Source: an uncultured Nitrososphaerota archaeon
GTDB taxonomy: Archaea > Thermoproteota > Nitrososphaeria > Nitrososphaerales > Nitrosopumilaceae
Direction of reading: 5' to 3'
Assembly (NCBI GenBank): GCA_963824385.1
Contig: CAWGPD010000004.1
Location: forward strand, 160,001 to 224,000
DNA: 64,000 bases
Made by a program: the position numbers and the translations under genes. Shown here one piece after another: positions 30,895 to 44,003 of the stretch. Numbering within the stretch: position 1 is the first letter of the stretch; every line of letters starts with the position of its first letter. The notes under the pieces are model-generated. The model was not told the DNA's origin, searched no databases, and saw only the letters and a list, made by a program, of their open reading frames with translations.

Positions 30895-31840
30895 ATGAAT
30901 ACTGTTAGAATGCCAAAGACAATTAATTTTGGAAAAGACGCCTTATCTGAAACACAATATCCAAAAAATGCCCTTGTTGTAACCACGGCACCTCCTGATG
31001 TATCAGCAAAGTGGCTTGCAAGAATGAAAATTCAAGATTATATGTTATATGATAAAGTAGAACCAGAACCGTCAATAGAAACAGTAAACAAAGTCATGGC
31101 AGAATTTAAACCAAAAAATCCAGCTGTAATCATTGGTCTTGGTGGTGGAAGCTCCCTTGATGTTGCAAAGTATGCCGGAATGGAGATGAAGATTCCAAAG
31201 ATACTCATTCCAACAACATTTGGAACAGGGGCAGAGATGACAACTTATTGTGTATTAAAATTCGAAGGAAAGAAAAAACTATTACAAGATGAGAGATTTT
31301 TGGCAGACATGGCAGTAATTGATGCATATTTTATGGATGGAACCCCAGAAGCGATTGTCAAAAACTCTGTTTGTGATGCATGTGCACAAGCTACAGAGGG
31401 ATATGATAGTAAACGAGGAAATGAATTTACAAAAATGTTATGCAAATCTGCATTTGATGTGCTATATGATGCAATCATGAACAACAAGCCAGAAAACTAC
31501 CCATTTGGTTCCATGCTATCTGGAATTGGATTTGGAAATGCATCAACAACTTTGGGACATGCCCTATCGTATGTCTTTTCAAACGAGGGTGTACCACATG
31601 GATACTCACTATCATCATGTACAACAGTCGCACACCGATTCAACAAGTCTATCTTCTATGATAAATTCAAAGAAGTAATTGAGAAACTAAAGTTTGACAA
31701 ACTTCCACTAAAGACACCATATGATCAGGCAGCTGATGTTGTCATGACAGACAAGGGACATTTGGATCCAAATCCACTTCCAGTAACAAAGCAGGATGTC
31801 ATCCAGACTTCTTAAGGACATTGTAGACGGTAGACTCTGA
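30895..31840 (+). CDS. Iron-containing alcohol dehydrogenase, likely malonic semialdehyde reductase of the thaumarchaeal 3HP/4HB cycle; frameshift near 31810
   Basis: GLGGGS, IPTTFGTGAE, GHALS, PHG. Closely resembles, from memory, the N. maritimus malonic semialdehyde reductase. Corrected end is LKDIVDGRL*. Confidence 0.82.
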
Positions 31841-31928
31841 GTCGATTTTCTAAATTTTCTTTTGTCGTAATTTCCAGTCTAAACTTAAATATATCAAAGA
31901 ATTGACTAATGTGAGGATTTCGGATAGA

Positions 31929-33014
31929 ATGCTAAAATTTGGAATTCAGCAAGGACTAAACGTTGCCCGATTAGGACTAAACGAAGACCAGATTATCACA
32001 GCATGTGTTTTAGCAGACAAGACAGGATACGATTCTATTTGGTACATGGACCACAGTAATGTTCCACAGTGGGACAAGGCCATAGTAAACGATCCATGGG
32101 TCATGCTTTCTGCAATAGCCGCAGTTACAAACAAAGTAGAATTGGGCACATGTGTCACCGACGCAGTCAGACGACATCCATCAAACATTGCACTAGCATC
32201 AATTACACTTGATAGAATTTCTCATGGAAGAGGAACATTAGGCATTGGAGCAGGAGAGGCACAAAATCTCAAAGAGTTTAAGATTCAATGGGACAAACCA
32301 GTTGGAAGATTTGAAGAACAATTACAAGTTATAAAGTTACTTTACCAATCATCACCAGAGCACAGAGTAAGCTTCAAGGGAGAATTTTACCAATTAGAAG
32401 ATGCATGTTTACAGGCAAAAAGCATTCGTCAGCCAGCACCACCAATCTACATGGCAGCAGGGGCACCAAGAACACTTGCACTTTGTGGCAAATATGGTGA
32501 CGGATGGATTCCAATTGGTTACACTCCAGAATTATACGAAGATCATGTCGGAGTGATCAAGAAGTCGATGAAAGAAAATGGAAGAACTGATGAGAACTTT
32601 AACTATGCAGTAGATATCGACGTATACTTTTCAGATGATGCAGAATCTGCATGGGCAAAAATGAAAAATGCCGTAAAGGTCAGTCTATTCAAACCAGAAG
32701 TTCTCAAGGTTCACGGCATTGAAGATATCGCAGGTTTTGATTTCAAGAAATACTTTACAGAATATTCCATGTCAAACCAAGAATGGATAGTAAAGATGAG
32801 AGAAGCATCACAGACAATTCCAGATAGCGTAGCCCGCTCATCAATAGGAATGGGTACACCAGATGATATCATCCCAGTCTTTGAGAGATTCATGAAAGCT
32901 GGAGTTAATCACTTTATTGTAAGATTCTGGGGGTCAGGATACTTTGCATCGATAGACAAGTTTGGTGCTACAGTACTCAAGTACTTTAAAGATCAGAACA
33001 ACCCAAGAAAATAG
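31929..33014 (+). CDS. LLM-class (luciferase-like, probably F420-dependent) oxidoreductase
   Basis: GYDSIWYMDH, LGTCVT, TLDRISHGR-x-x-LGIGAG, PPIYMAA, YGDGW. Confidence 0.9.
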   Translation: MLKFGIQQGLNVARLGLNEDQIITACVLADKTGYDSIWYMDHSNVPQWDKAIVNDPWVMLSAIAAVTNKVELGTCVTDAVRRHPSNIALASITLDRISHGRGTLGIGAGEAQNLKEFKIQWDKPVGRFEEQLQVIKLLYQSSPEHRVSFKGEFYQLEDACLQAKSIRQPAPPIYMAAGAPRTLALCGKYGDGWIPIGYTPELYEDHVGVIKKSMKENGRTDENFNYAVDIDVYFSDDAESAWAKMKNAVKVSLFKPEVLKVHGIEDIAGFDFKKYFTEYSMSNQEWIVKMREASQTIPDSVARSSIGMGTPDDIIPVFERFMKAGVNHFIVRFWGSGYFASIDKFGATVLKYFKDQNNPRK

Positions 33015-33048
33015 TATCCAGTTACACAAAATAAAAATAATTTTCTTC

Positions 33049-33456
33049 CTACAGATATCTAAATATGGTCATCTTCTCAGAGTGTGGAAGATCGGATACC
33101 AAGGCAAAGTTAAAGAATGGATACGACTTTTTGTACTCTTTCATAAAGCTCCAGGCTACATCATGTGTCTTAAATTCAGAACGTATGCCATCAATACGAA
33201 TCTCTACTCCACACACATCAAATACTTTGACCAGATACCTTTGAGGTCGTCTATGAGGTTTTGCCTTCATTAGCCATGCAATTGCAAATAAAAAGACAGC
33301 CATCATGATTATTGCAGCACCAATTTCTTTTAGATAGACTGAAAAAAACGCCGGAATTGTATAGCCAAATAGAGTATACACATAACTTGCAAATCCAAGT
33401 ACTGCACCTACTATCATAGAAAATACAACATTAGAACAGGCATAATCCTTTTGCAT
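33049..33456 (-). CDS. Two-TM hypothetical membrane protein
   Basis: Two hydrophobic helices followed by a soluble domain. Confidence 0.7.
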   Translation of the reverse strand: MQKDYACSNVVFSMIVGAVLGFASYVYTLFGYTIPAFFSVYLKEIGAAIIMMAVFLFAIAWLMKAKPHRRPQRYLVKVFDVCGVEIRIDGIRSEFKTHDVAWSFMKEYKKSYPFFNFALVSDLPHSEKMTIFRYL

Positions 33457-33531
33457 GTCTTATGATAAACATACTTGCATTTATCTATTAAAAAACTATA
33501 TACAGAAATATCAACACCGATAACAGATTTT

Positions 33532-34165
33532 ATGCAGCTACTTGGAAGACTAGAGATCAAATCAAAAGAAAAGATAATTGAATTTCTAAACCAACAAGAG
33601 ACTGGCAGGGTATGTAGTATAGACAAGGACGGCTTTCCTCAGATAATACCAATGAACTTTGTTTATGCAAATGATGTCATATACATGCACTCTCATCCAA
33701 GGGGGGAGAAATTAGAAAACATATCAAAAAATCCGAAGGTTGGCTTTGAGGCTGACCAAAGTCTTGAATTTTTACCATCATATTTTTCATCCCCAACTGA
33801 TGCATCGCAGGCAGATACATTATACATCAGCGTGGTAATCAAGGGAAGGGCAAGTTTGGTCTTAGAACCAAAAGAAAAAGCAATGGCTCTAAATGAACTA
33901 ATGAAAAAATACCAGCCAGAAGGCGGGTATGAAAAACTTGTTCCACACATGCCAGTAGTAGAGGAAGTTGCAATAATCAAGGTAATACCAATTACAATCA
34001 GAGGCAAGTATAAAATTGGTCAGCACATGGACAAGAAGACAAGGCTTGCAATTGCAAAAAAGAATCCTAGAGCGTAACACTCCGACTGCCAAAAACACAG
34101 TCAAGATAATGGGTGTTACTATGACAAAGAATGGATTGGAAATATCAGAAGAGCCTAGTTGGTAA
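33532..34165 (+). CDS. Pyridoxamine 5'-phosphate oxidase-like (NimA-type) flavin-binding protein; frameshift at the A-run near 34058
   Basis: P-x-IIPMNF, IYMHS...GEK, NPKVGFE, YISVVIKG, GKYKIGQ; continues ILERNTPTAK...EEPSW*. Confidence 0.85.
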
Positions 34166-34219
34166 AAATATATCATAACTACCATTGCTTTAAATTTGAA
34201 ACAAGGCAATTTGTAATGT

Positions 34220-36161
34220 TTGCTAGAAAATCCAAGCTTTGAGTTAGTATCTGAATTTGACCCAACTGGAGACCAGCCAAATGCAATAGAACAACTAGTA
34301 CAAGGAGTACGAAAAAAACAAGTCCAGACTTTACTTGGAGTAACAGGCAGTGGTAAGACATTTACAGTTGCAAACGTAGTAGCACGAACTGGAAAAAAGA
34401 CGCTTGTCATTTCACACAACAAGACTTTGGCAGCTCGACTTTATGCAGAACTAAAACAGTTCTTTCCAAAAAACAATGTAGGTTATTTTGTATCATACTA
34501 TGACTATTACCAACCCGAGAGCTATATTCCACAGACTGACACATATATTGAAAAAGATACCCAGATTAATGAAAAGATAGAAAAGTTGCGTCTTGAGGCA
34601 ACTGCGATGCTCTTGTCAGGAGAGCCTACCATCATAGTTTCAACAGTATCATGCATCTATTCACTTGGTTCACCAAGTGAATGGGAAGAGATGTCAATAA
34701 CCATAGAAAAAGGTGCAGATGTTGGAAGAGGTACACTGATAAAAAAACTAGTCAATGCGCGATATGATAGAAATGACACCGAACTTTTAGCAGGAAGATT
34801 TCGAATCAAGGGAGATACAATAGATATCATTCCAGCATACTCTGACTCAATTGTAAGAATTTCATTATTTGGCGACGAGATTGACAAGATAACAATCTGT
34901 GATCCAGTATCGCTTCAAGTAAAAAAACAGGTCTCCAAAATCAAGATTTATCCTGCCAAGCACTATCTAGTTGCAGCAGATGTAAGAAAGACTGCGGTTC
35001 AATCAATTAGAAATGAGTGAAAACAAAGACTAACAGAACTTCCAGAGCTTGAAAGGCAGAGACTTGAGATGAGAACAAAATATGATTTGGAAATGATTGA
35101 AGAGTTAGGATACTGCTCAGGAATTGAAAATTATTCAAGACACTTTGATGGAAGAGATCCTGGTCAGCCTCCATTTTGTCTAATTGATTTCTTTGGGGAT
35201 GACTTTTTACTAGTAATTGATGAATCGCATGTTACCTTACCACAACTACATGGAATGTATAATGGAGATCATACAAGAAAAAAATCTCTAATAGATTATG
35301 GTTTTAGATTACCAAGTGCATTTGATAATAGACCACTCAAGTTTGAAGAGTTTGAAAAGTATATCAAAAACACAATCTTTGTTTCTGCAACACCTAATGA
35401 TTATGAAAAAAATAAGAGTTCTCAGATTCGTAGAGCAACTAATCAGACCTACGGGCCTTGTAGATCCAGTTGTTGAAGTAAGAAAAACAGAGAACCAAAT
35501 GGATGATTTGATATCAGAGATAAAAAAACGAGTAGACAAAAACCAACGTGTACTAGTTACAACTTTGACAAAAAGAATGGCAGAAGACTTGGCGGAATAC
35601 TTGTCAAAGAACAAGGTAAAGGTAAGATACCTACATTCAGAGATTGAAAACCTGCAGAGAACTGAGATCATTAGACAGTTAAGGTTAGGCGAGTTTGATG
35701 TCCTAGTAGGCATTAATCTCTTAAGAGAAGGCCTTGACATACCAGAAGTCGCCCTTGTTGCCATCCTAGATGCAGACAAGGAGGGATTTTTGAGAAACAT
35801 CACCAGCCTAATTCAGACATTTGGAAGGGCTGCAAGAAATCTAGATGGTGCAGTCATCATGTATGCAGACAAAATGACCCAGTCAATGAAAAATGCCATA
35901 TCTGAGACTGAACGGAGAAGAAACAAACAGGTAGAATATAATCAAAAAATGGGAATCACTCCTGCCTCAATTATAAAATCAATTCCACAGCAGACAATTG
36001 TACTAGATGAGACAAAACACATGTCAAAGCATGATTTACAAACACTTGCAATCGAGATTGAAACTGCCATGAAGCGATTTGCAGAAGATCTAGATTTTGA
36101 AAATGCGATTGAATATCGAGATAAATTAGCAAAGATTCAAAGACAATTAAGAAATGAATGA
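34220..36161 (+). CDS. uvrB: Excinuclease ABC subunit B; frameshifts near 35018 and 35410
   Basis: [50 protein letters not shown]. Confidence 0.96.
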
Positions 36162-38972
36162 TAAATTAATCATCCGTGGTGCAAGGGAGCACAATCTAAA
36201 AAACATCAACGTGGACATTCCAAAGAATAGACTAGTAGTAATCACTGGATTATCAGGTTCTGGAAAATCAACACTTGCTTTTGATACAATATATGCAGAA
36301 GGTCAGAGAAGATATGTTGAATCACTTTCAGCATATGCAAGACAGTTTCTTGAGATGATGAACAAGCCCGATGTTGATTCAATTGAAGGACTATCACCTG
36401 CTATTTCAATACAACAAAAGACTACAAGTAAAAATCCAAGATCAACAGTTGGAACAATAACAGAAATTTACGATTATCTAAGATTACTATATGCAAGAAT
36501 TGGTACGCCTCACTGTCCAAGATGCGCACGTAAAATATCAAACCAATCAGTAGAATCAATTTGCGAATCAATTCTAAAAGAATCAGAGGGAAGAAAGATC
36601 CTAATCCTTGCATCGCTTGTTAGAAGAAAAAAAGGAACTTATGAAAAATTATTTGAAGATGTAAAAAAACAAGGATATTCAAGAATCAGAGTAGACGGAG
36701 AAATAATTGAGATAACTGGAGAGTTTCCAACACTTGACAAGCAAAAGTGGCACAATATAGAAATCGTAGTTGACAGAGTCAAGGCATCATGGGAAGAAAA
36801 AAGTAGACTCTATGAATCAATCCAGACAGCACTCAAGGCAGGTAAGGGAGACGTCATGGTTGTTGATACCGAAGAAAAAGTCTACTCTCAAAATAATGCA
36901 TGTCCATTTTGTGGAATCTCAATAGGAGAATTAGAACCAAGGGGTTTTTCATTCAACTCGCCATTTGGAGCATGCAAGACATGTCATGGATTAGGAGTAA
37001 AAATGGAGTTTGAGCCAGATTTGCTAATCCCAGACAAGACAAAATCAATCCTAGATGGGGCAATAGTTCCATGGTCAGGCAGGTTTTCGTCATTTAGAAG
37101 ACAGACTCTAAGAGATGTTGGGAAAAAATATGGCTTTGATTTGATGACTCCAATTAACAAAATGACTCCAAAACAACTTCAGGTTATTTTGTATGGCAGT
37201 GGAGAAGCTGTTAAGTTTTCATACGAATCCCAATCAACTGACTCTAGATGGGAGTATACAAACACTTTTCATGGGGTAATACCCAGTCTTCAGAAAAACT
37301 TTGCAGAAACAGATTCTGAATCAAAAAGAGAAGAATTAAGCAAATTCATGAGGGAGACTCCGTGTAACACATGCAAAGGTAGAAGACTAAAAGATGAAGC
37401 ACTTGCAGTCTCAATAAGCTCATTATCAATCATGGATGTTTGTGACTTGTCAATTGATTCATGTTATGAGTTTTTCAAAAATCTTCAGATAACTGAGACT
37501 GAAAAATATATTGCAAAATCTATTTTAAAAGAGGTTCTCTCAAGACTAGAATTTCTAAAAAATGTCGGATTAAATTACCTTACACTTAATCGAGTAAGCT
37601 CCACCTTATCAGGAGGAGAGGCCCAAAGAATCAGACTTGCAACACAGATAGGTTCAAACCTTACAGGAGTGCTCTATGTTCTTGACGAGCCAACAATTGG
37701 GCTACATCAAAGAGACAACGCAAAACTAATCAAGACATTGACTAAGCTTCGTGATTTAGGAAATACAATACTTGTAGTAGAGCATGACGAAGAAGTAATG
37801 CGTAACTCGGATTGGATTATAGATCTAGGTCCAGGTGCTGGAGTTCATGGTGGAAATATAGTCTTTGAAGGAACGATAAACGAAATTCTAAAAAGTGAAA
37901 AATCAATTACAGGAAAATATCTCAAGAATCATGATGCAATAAAACGTGTCAAAAAAAAGCATGAACAAAAAGGCATGTTAATTCTAAAGGGTGCTGCAGA
38001 GAATAATCTCAAAAATATTGATGTCGAGTTCCCGCTAGGCGTGATGATTAGTGTGACAGGAGTGTCAGGCTCTGGAAAATCCACTCTAATAAATGACATA
38101 TTGTACAAGGCACTAGCATCAGAAATTTATGGTTCCATAGATAGGCCAGGTAGGCATAAGACAATTAGCGGTATGGATGAGATAGACAAGGTAATAGGAA
38201 TAGATCAATCTCCAATAGGACGCACTCCACGCTCAAATCCTGCCACATACATTGGGGCATTTACTCCAATTAGAGAACTATACGCAGGAACTGAACTGTC
38301 AAAGGAGCGCGGGTATACCCCAGGGCAGTTTTCATTCAATGTTGCAGATGGCAGGTGTTTTGCATGCGAAGGAGACGGAGTCAAAAAAATAGAGATGCAG
38401 TTTTTATCAGATGTATATGTGGTGTGTGATGAATGCAAAGGTAAGCGATACAATTCTGAAACACTTGCAGTTCACTATAAAGACAAAAACATTTCAGACA
38501 TTCTTGCAATGACAGTAGAAGAAGCGTTAGAATTTTTTACAAACATACCTTCAATTCAGAGAAAGCTTCAGACAGTAGTAGATGTAGGCCTGGGGTACAT
38601 CAAACTTGGACAAGCTGCTACAACATTATCAGGTGGAGAAGTCAACGGGTAAAACTTTCGTCAGAATTATCAAAACGCGATACTGGAAGAACAATATACA
38701 TCTTGGATGAGCCAACAACTGGACTTCATTTCGCAGACGTTCAAAAATTACTCGAAGTGTTAAACAGACTGGTAAAACTAGGAAATACAATAATCATCAT
38801 AGAGCATAACATGGATATCATAAAAAATTCTGATTGGATAATCAATCTAGGTCCAGAGGGAGGAGATGGGGGTGGAACAATTGTTGCGACTGGAACTCCA
38901 GATCAAGTGGCACAAAATCCAAGAAGCTATACTGGTCAATATCTGAAACGTATCTTGAAAAATGACTCTTGA
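36154..38972 (+). CDS. uvrA: Excinuclease ABC subunit A; frameshift near 38641
   Basis: Two GSGKS Walker A motifs, LSGGEAQR, Zn fingers, DEPTTGLH. Confidence 0.97.
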
Positions 38973-40546
38973 CATATCAAAGATAACCATCCCATCACAT
39001 CCTGGAATTTACATCATGAAAGATTCAGATGCCAAGATATTATATATTGGAAAAGCAAAGAATCTGAAAAATCGTGTCAAGTCATATTTTTTGAAAAATC
39101 AAAACTATAAGACTGAAAAACTGGTTGAGAAAATCCATGATATTGAGTTTGTCTTGACAGATAATGAAGAGGAGGCATTTTTACTAGAGGCAAACATGAT
39201 CAAACGATACAGGCCTCCATACAATATCGAACTTAAGGACCAGCAAAGATACACATATCTTAGAATAACTAGCGAACAATATCCTCGCCTTATGGTAGCA
39301 AGGCGTACAAGAACTGGAGAATTTCTTGGCGAAGGAAGGATTTACGGTCCATTTACACATGGAAGCTCAAAGATGCTATCCATTGGTCTTTTGCGTAAGA
39401 CGTTTAAGATTAGAATTTGTAAAAAACTGCCAAAAGAGGCATGTCTAGAGTATCACATTGGAAACTGTGAAGCACCATGTCAGTTCAAACAGGCTCAAGT
39501 AAATTATGGTAAAAATATTACAGAGTTGGAATCAATTCTAAAAGGAAAACAGAGACTAGAAGACTTTGTAAATAAATTAGAAAAAGAAATGAAACAAGCT
39601 GCCAATAATCGCCAATATGAAAAAGCAAAAGAAATTCACGAAACATTGCAACGACTTTCCAGCTTACAGATAAAACAAAACATGGAAACTCCAAGGATGG
39701 GCTCAGATGAAGAATATTTTGGAATTAAGATAAAAGAATCAGACCGCATATTTGATGAGCTTTAGACTTTCAAATGGAGTAATAAAAGATAGAACCAAGT
39801 TTTCCTTTGATCTTGTTGGAGACAATTCATTTTCTAGTTTTCTGTCACAGTATTACTCTACAAATCCAATTCCAAAGTATGTAATAGTAAGTGAAATACC
39901 AGAGAAAAAAGACATACTAGAAGAAGTGTTTTCCCGAACATCAGGATTTAAGGTAAACATTACAGTTCCAATGTCTGGAAAAAGACGAGAGATAATTGAT
40001 CTTATCATGAGAAATATTTCTCTTACAATGTCAAAGGGTGCAGACCCCGCACTAATTGAATTACAAGAAAAACTAGGACTCGAAAACATTCCTAAAACAA
40101 TAGAATGTTTTGACATTTCAAACCATGGTGAAGATTATGCAGTAGGTTCCATGTCCTGCCTAGTAGATGGAAAACCACATAAATCAGGATATCGAAAATT
40201 CAAGATAAAGACAGTAAAGGGAAGAGATGATTTTGCAATGATAAATGAGATTGTCAAAAGACGCTATCTGAGACTAAAGGAAGAAAAAACAGGCATGCCA
40301 GACTTGGTTTTAATTGACGGTGGACGCGGTCAGCTAAATGCCGCACTTGAGGCATTACATTCGGTGGGTGTGAAAGTTCCTTGCGTATCTCTTGCAAAAG
40401 AAAATGAAGAGGTGTATCATCCTAGAATCAACAAACCAGTTATCATGCCAAAGAATAATTCAGCACTCAAGATTTTACAACATGCAAGAGATGAGGCTCA
40501 CAGATTTGGTGTCATGTACAACAGAGCAATTCGCAAATTCACTTGA
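38962..40546 (+). CDS. uvrC: Excinuclease ABC subunit C; frameshift near 39735
   Basis: GIY...[28 protein letters not shown]. Confidence 0.95.
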
Positions 40547-40556
40547 ATTTTGCGTT

Positions 40557-41607
40557 CTATTTAGTACCATTAACAGCTATGATGGTAGTACTATTGGCAA
40601 GCGGTAATACAAGTAATGTGGAATTGGTATGTGTCATAATCACGTTTTGAGTAATTGCATGAACACTTGATGTGCTGTTAGATGATGTCAAGATAGGCAA
40701 TGTGGAATTGGTATGTGTCATAGTCATGTTTTGAGATGGCATTGTAGGTGTACTTGCAGTATTGTTAGATGATGTCAAGATAGGCAATGTGGAATTGGTA
40801 TGTGTCATAGTCATGTTTTGAGATGGCATTGTAGGTGTACTTGCAACAACTTTGGAGGAGGAAGTTGAGACTGACGTATTATCCAAATGCATGGGTACTG
40901 ATGATATTGTCCTGTTTTGAATCATATTTGTAGGATGTGTTTTTTCTGCACTTTGCATTACATTTCTTGCATGGGATAACACAATTGGTGATGGCGTTAC
41001 ATCGTTAATCATGTAAACCTGTGTACTTACATCAGATTTTGCTCCATAGGCATCTACTGCAAAGAACTTTAGAATTGTGTTAGAACTAATTTCCGGCAAT
41101 GTTACAGAATCTTGTCCATGTGGACTAGATACAGTAGGTGTTGAACCATCCAAAGTATAGAATATAACAGCAGACTTCATTTGCTTCAAGTTTCACAATT
41201 TGTGGTTCCTGATATGTGCCATTAGGCAATGATGCAATTATTACAGGAGAATCATTATAGATTGTAAACAATATTGTTTTGGATGTAACCAATCCTGCAG
41301 AGTCTGTGGCATTGATTTGTAAAGTATGCAATCCATTTGATAAATCTGGTATACTTAGAGACCAAGAAATTGTGTTGCCCTGAATAGTTCCAGGAATTGC
41401 CAGAACGTTTCCGTTATCTACATTCCATGTGAGAGATGAAATTTGTAAAGCATCTGCTGCAGTACCAGATACTGAAACCGTAGGAGTCATGACAATTGCA
41501 TTGTTAGACAAGGAGATAGAAAGAGTCGGAGTACCTCCAGTCAAATCAGATGCAAAAACAAGATTCGTATGAATTATGAAAGAAATCAATATCAAACCAA
41601 TCACCAT
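40557..41607 (-). CDS. Secreted protein: Ig-like domain, Fn3-associated/chitobiase C-terminal-like domain, S/T-rich repeats; frameshift near 41178
   Basis: Signal peptide, VSGTA-x-D...GLHTLQINATD, IFYTLDGSTP, LKFFAVD; start approximate. Confidence 0.72.
40677..40845. repeat. 87-bp tandem repeat (two near-perfect copies plus a degenerate third at ~40610)
   Basis: Encodes ASTPTMPSQNMTMTHTNSTLPILTSSN. Confidence 0.9.
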
Positions 41608-41794
41608 TGGCAATACTCGAAAAACTTCATTCCACTCATAGAAAGTAATTTTAATCATTATGATCACACAGGGGATTATATGCACGTGAAATAATATAGC
41701 GAGATGGGCAAATCCCATAGTTTTGAAATTCCAAATTGGAACATCAGTTATGCTTGTAACGTGTTTCCATCAAAACATGGTTTTAGGTAGCAGA

Positions 41795-42793
41795 CTATAC
41801 AAAATCATCAAGTGAATTCTCTCGAAGAGGTTGTGCATTATAACCCATTTTGGACAAATCTGCTGCAAACTCATCTACAAAACCGTGAACGGTATAGATT
41901 TTTTCAGGATTACATCTTTTTACAAGTTCAATCAATTCGTTGTAATCACAATGGTCACTTAGTGGAATTGAATAATCATGACCTCGTGCAAATGAAAATC
42001 TCGATGATTGTGCCCATCCACTAAAACCAATAGTTATTGCATCATACTTTGACTTCATGTGGGTTACAAAGGCATTTCTTCCACTCATATTTGGGGCAAT
42101 CATAAGCCATGGTTTTTTCTCAAGCAATCCTAATGACTCGGCTTCAGTGTGACCCATAGATGAGTTAAGATTAACACCAAATTGTCGGTACAAGTCATTT
42201 ACTTTTTTTACTGAATCATGATAATATGGCTGCCAGTGAGAAAACAAATATGATAAAATTTGAGCCTTTCCAAGCTCATAACCCAACAATATGACAGGTT
42301 TTCCTTTACCATATAGTTCGGAGATAATCTCGTTTACTCGTTTTACAGTATCATCAATTGAAGGAAAGACATATTCTGGCATTCCAAAAGTGCATTCAGT
42401 AATCAGAGTTTTACATTTTGGGGCCAACGCGCCTTTCATAAATCCCCTGTCACGTAGTGATATATCTCCAGTGTAAAAAATATCGTCAAACAAAAGGCCT
42501 TTGGCACCTAGGATATGCCCAGCATCAATCATTGAAAAATGCTCATATTCTTCCACATAGTTTTCAATTGAATAGCCCCTAAGCTTTGCAATCTCTGTTG
42601 TCTGTTTTGATGCAATAAGTATACCATTTCCACGTTGATTGTGAAGATGATCCAAGTGTGCGTGAGATACAAAACTTATGCCGCTTTCCATTCCCCGTTT
42701 TGGATCAAGATTAACTGTTTTACCATCAAATAATACTACGATTCCATTTGATGTCATCTTTACCCTGGATTTCAATTTGAGAGATGTGGTCAT
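41795..42793 (-). CDS. MBL-fold/beta-CASP nuclease
   Basis: SHAHLDH, AGHILG, YTGD, ECTFG, LGKAQ, SDHCD. Confidence 0.9.
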   Translation of the reverse strand: MTTSLKLKSRVKMTSNGIVVLFDGKTVNLDPKRGMESGISFVSHAHLDHLHNQRGNGILIASKQTTEIAKLRGYSIENYVEEYEHFSMIDAGHILGAKGLLFDDIFYTGDISLRDRGFMKGALAPKCKTLITECTFGMPEYVFPSIDDTVKRVNEIISELYGKGKPVILLGYELGKAQILSYLFSHWQPYYHDSVKKVNDLYRQFGVNLNSSMGHTEAESLGLLEKKPWLMIAPNMSGRNAFVTHMKSKYDAITIGFSGWAQSSRFSFARGHDYSIPLSDHCDYNELIELVKRCNPEKIYTVHGFVDEFAADLSKMGYNAQPLRENSLDDFV

Positions 42794-42965
42794 CAGATTG
42801 GATATAAATTGCAAGATTGATCCAGTGTAACATCTGGTGTAATTGGATCTATATCAATCATTTACTGTTTCAAATCAAAAATCACCATAATACTCTACAA
42901 GCAAATATCAAAAACATAAACTGGAATTAGTAAAGTGTTTATTTATACAAAGTCAAGGTAAAAAC

Positions 42966-43583
42966 ATGCTAAATATAGCAATATTAATTTCAGGCAGAGG
43001 AAGCAACATGGAAAATATTTTAAAGTCAATTAAAAGAAATAAAATTCCAGTTAATCCTGCAGTTGTGATTTCAAATAAACCAGATGCAAAAGGTCTCAAG
43101 ATTGCTCAAAGACTCGGAGTAAAAACAGAGGTTATTGAAAGCAATGGTCTCAAAGGAGGAAATTGGGAATACGACTCTAAACTAGTAGAGGCATTAGAAA
43201 AATGCAAAGTTACTCCCCAAAATGGCCTGATATGCCTTGCAGGATTTATGAGAATAATGAGTCCAGAATTTATCAAACATTACAAGGGAAGAATTTTGAA
43301 CATACATCCTGCAATATTGCCATCTTTTCCAGGATTACATTCCCAGAAACAAGCACTAGAATACGGAGTAAAATATACTGGATGCACAGTTCATTTCGTA
43401 GATGAAGGAGTTGATACAGGACCCATTATTTTACAGTCAGTTGTCAAGGTAAAAGAGGGAGACACTGAAGATACTCTTGCAAAGAGAATTCTAAAACAGG
43501 AACATAGAATTTATCCAAAAGCCGTAAAGTTATTTGCAAAGAACAAGATTAAGATTGTAGGAAGAAAGACAGTATTTTCCTAA
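42966..43583 (+). CDS. purN: Phosphoribosylglycinamide formyltransferase
   Basis: ISGRGSN, LAGFMRI, NIHPAILP, TGCTVH, VDTGPII. Confidence 0.96.
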   Translation: MLNIAILISGRGSNMENILKSIKRNKIPVNPAVVISNKPDAKGLKIAQRLGVKTEVIESNGLKGGNWEYDSKLVEALEKCKVTPQNGLICLAGFMRIMSPEFIKHYKGRILNIHPAILPSFPGLHSQKQALEYGVKYTGCTVHFVDEGVDTGPIILQSVVKVKEGDTEDTLAKRILKQEHRIYPKAVKLFAKNKIKIVGRKTVFS

Positions 43584-43912
43584 GTGTCTGGCCCACTAAA
43601 AAAATACATTACAACAAGTTCTTTTTTATTTCCATGGAATCTGTGAGGAACATTTTTGGCAACATAGTATGACATTCCTTCTGAAACAGGATATTCTTTT
43701 CTATCTACTAAAAGAAATCCGTCTCCTTTTACTACATAATAAATCTCATCGTTTTCATGTGGCTCTTGAGTATCTTCTTCACCTGGGTCCAATCGAAGAA
43801 TTCCGGCTGCAAGATTTTCTTTATTTATGAACGTATGAAAGTACGTATTATTTTTCTTGATTTTTTTGATGTACTCGTTTGTATTAAAGTCAATTTTCAA
43901 TGATTTCTCCAC
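43580..43912 (-). CDS. Cupin-domain protein
   Basis: QEPH-x-x-DEIYYV-x-x-G...PHRF. Confidence 0.88.
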   Translation of the reverse strand: MEKSLKIDFNTNEYIKKIKKNNTYFHTFINKENLAAGILRLDPGEEDTQEPHENDEIYYVVKGDGFLLVDRKEYPVSEGMSYYVAKNVPHRFHGNKKELVVMYFFSGPDT

Positions 43913-44003
43913 AAATTACATCTTAATGATTTTAACTAAATTCATCCTGGGAGACAATTATTGTTTCCAAAGATTAAATATCCAAAAAATAATCCAAGTT
44001 TGT

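Noticed and set aside
34220..40546. Real pseudogenisation of uvrBAC
   Set aside because: Only 1-nt indels with all motifs intact; the same pattern hits essential cdvC, so assembly error is more likely
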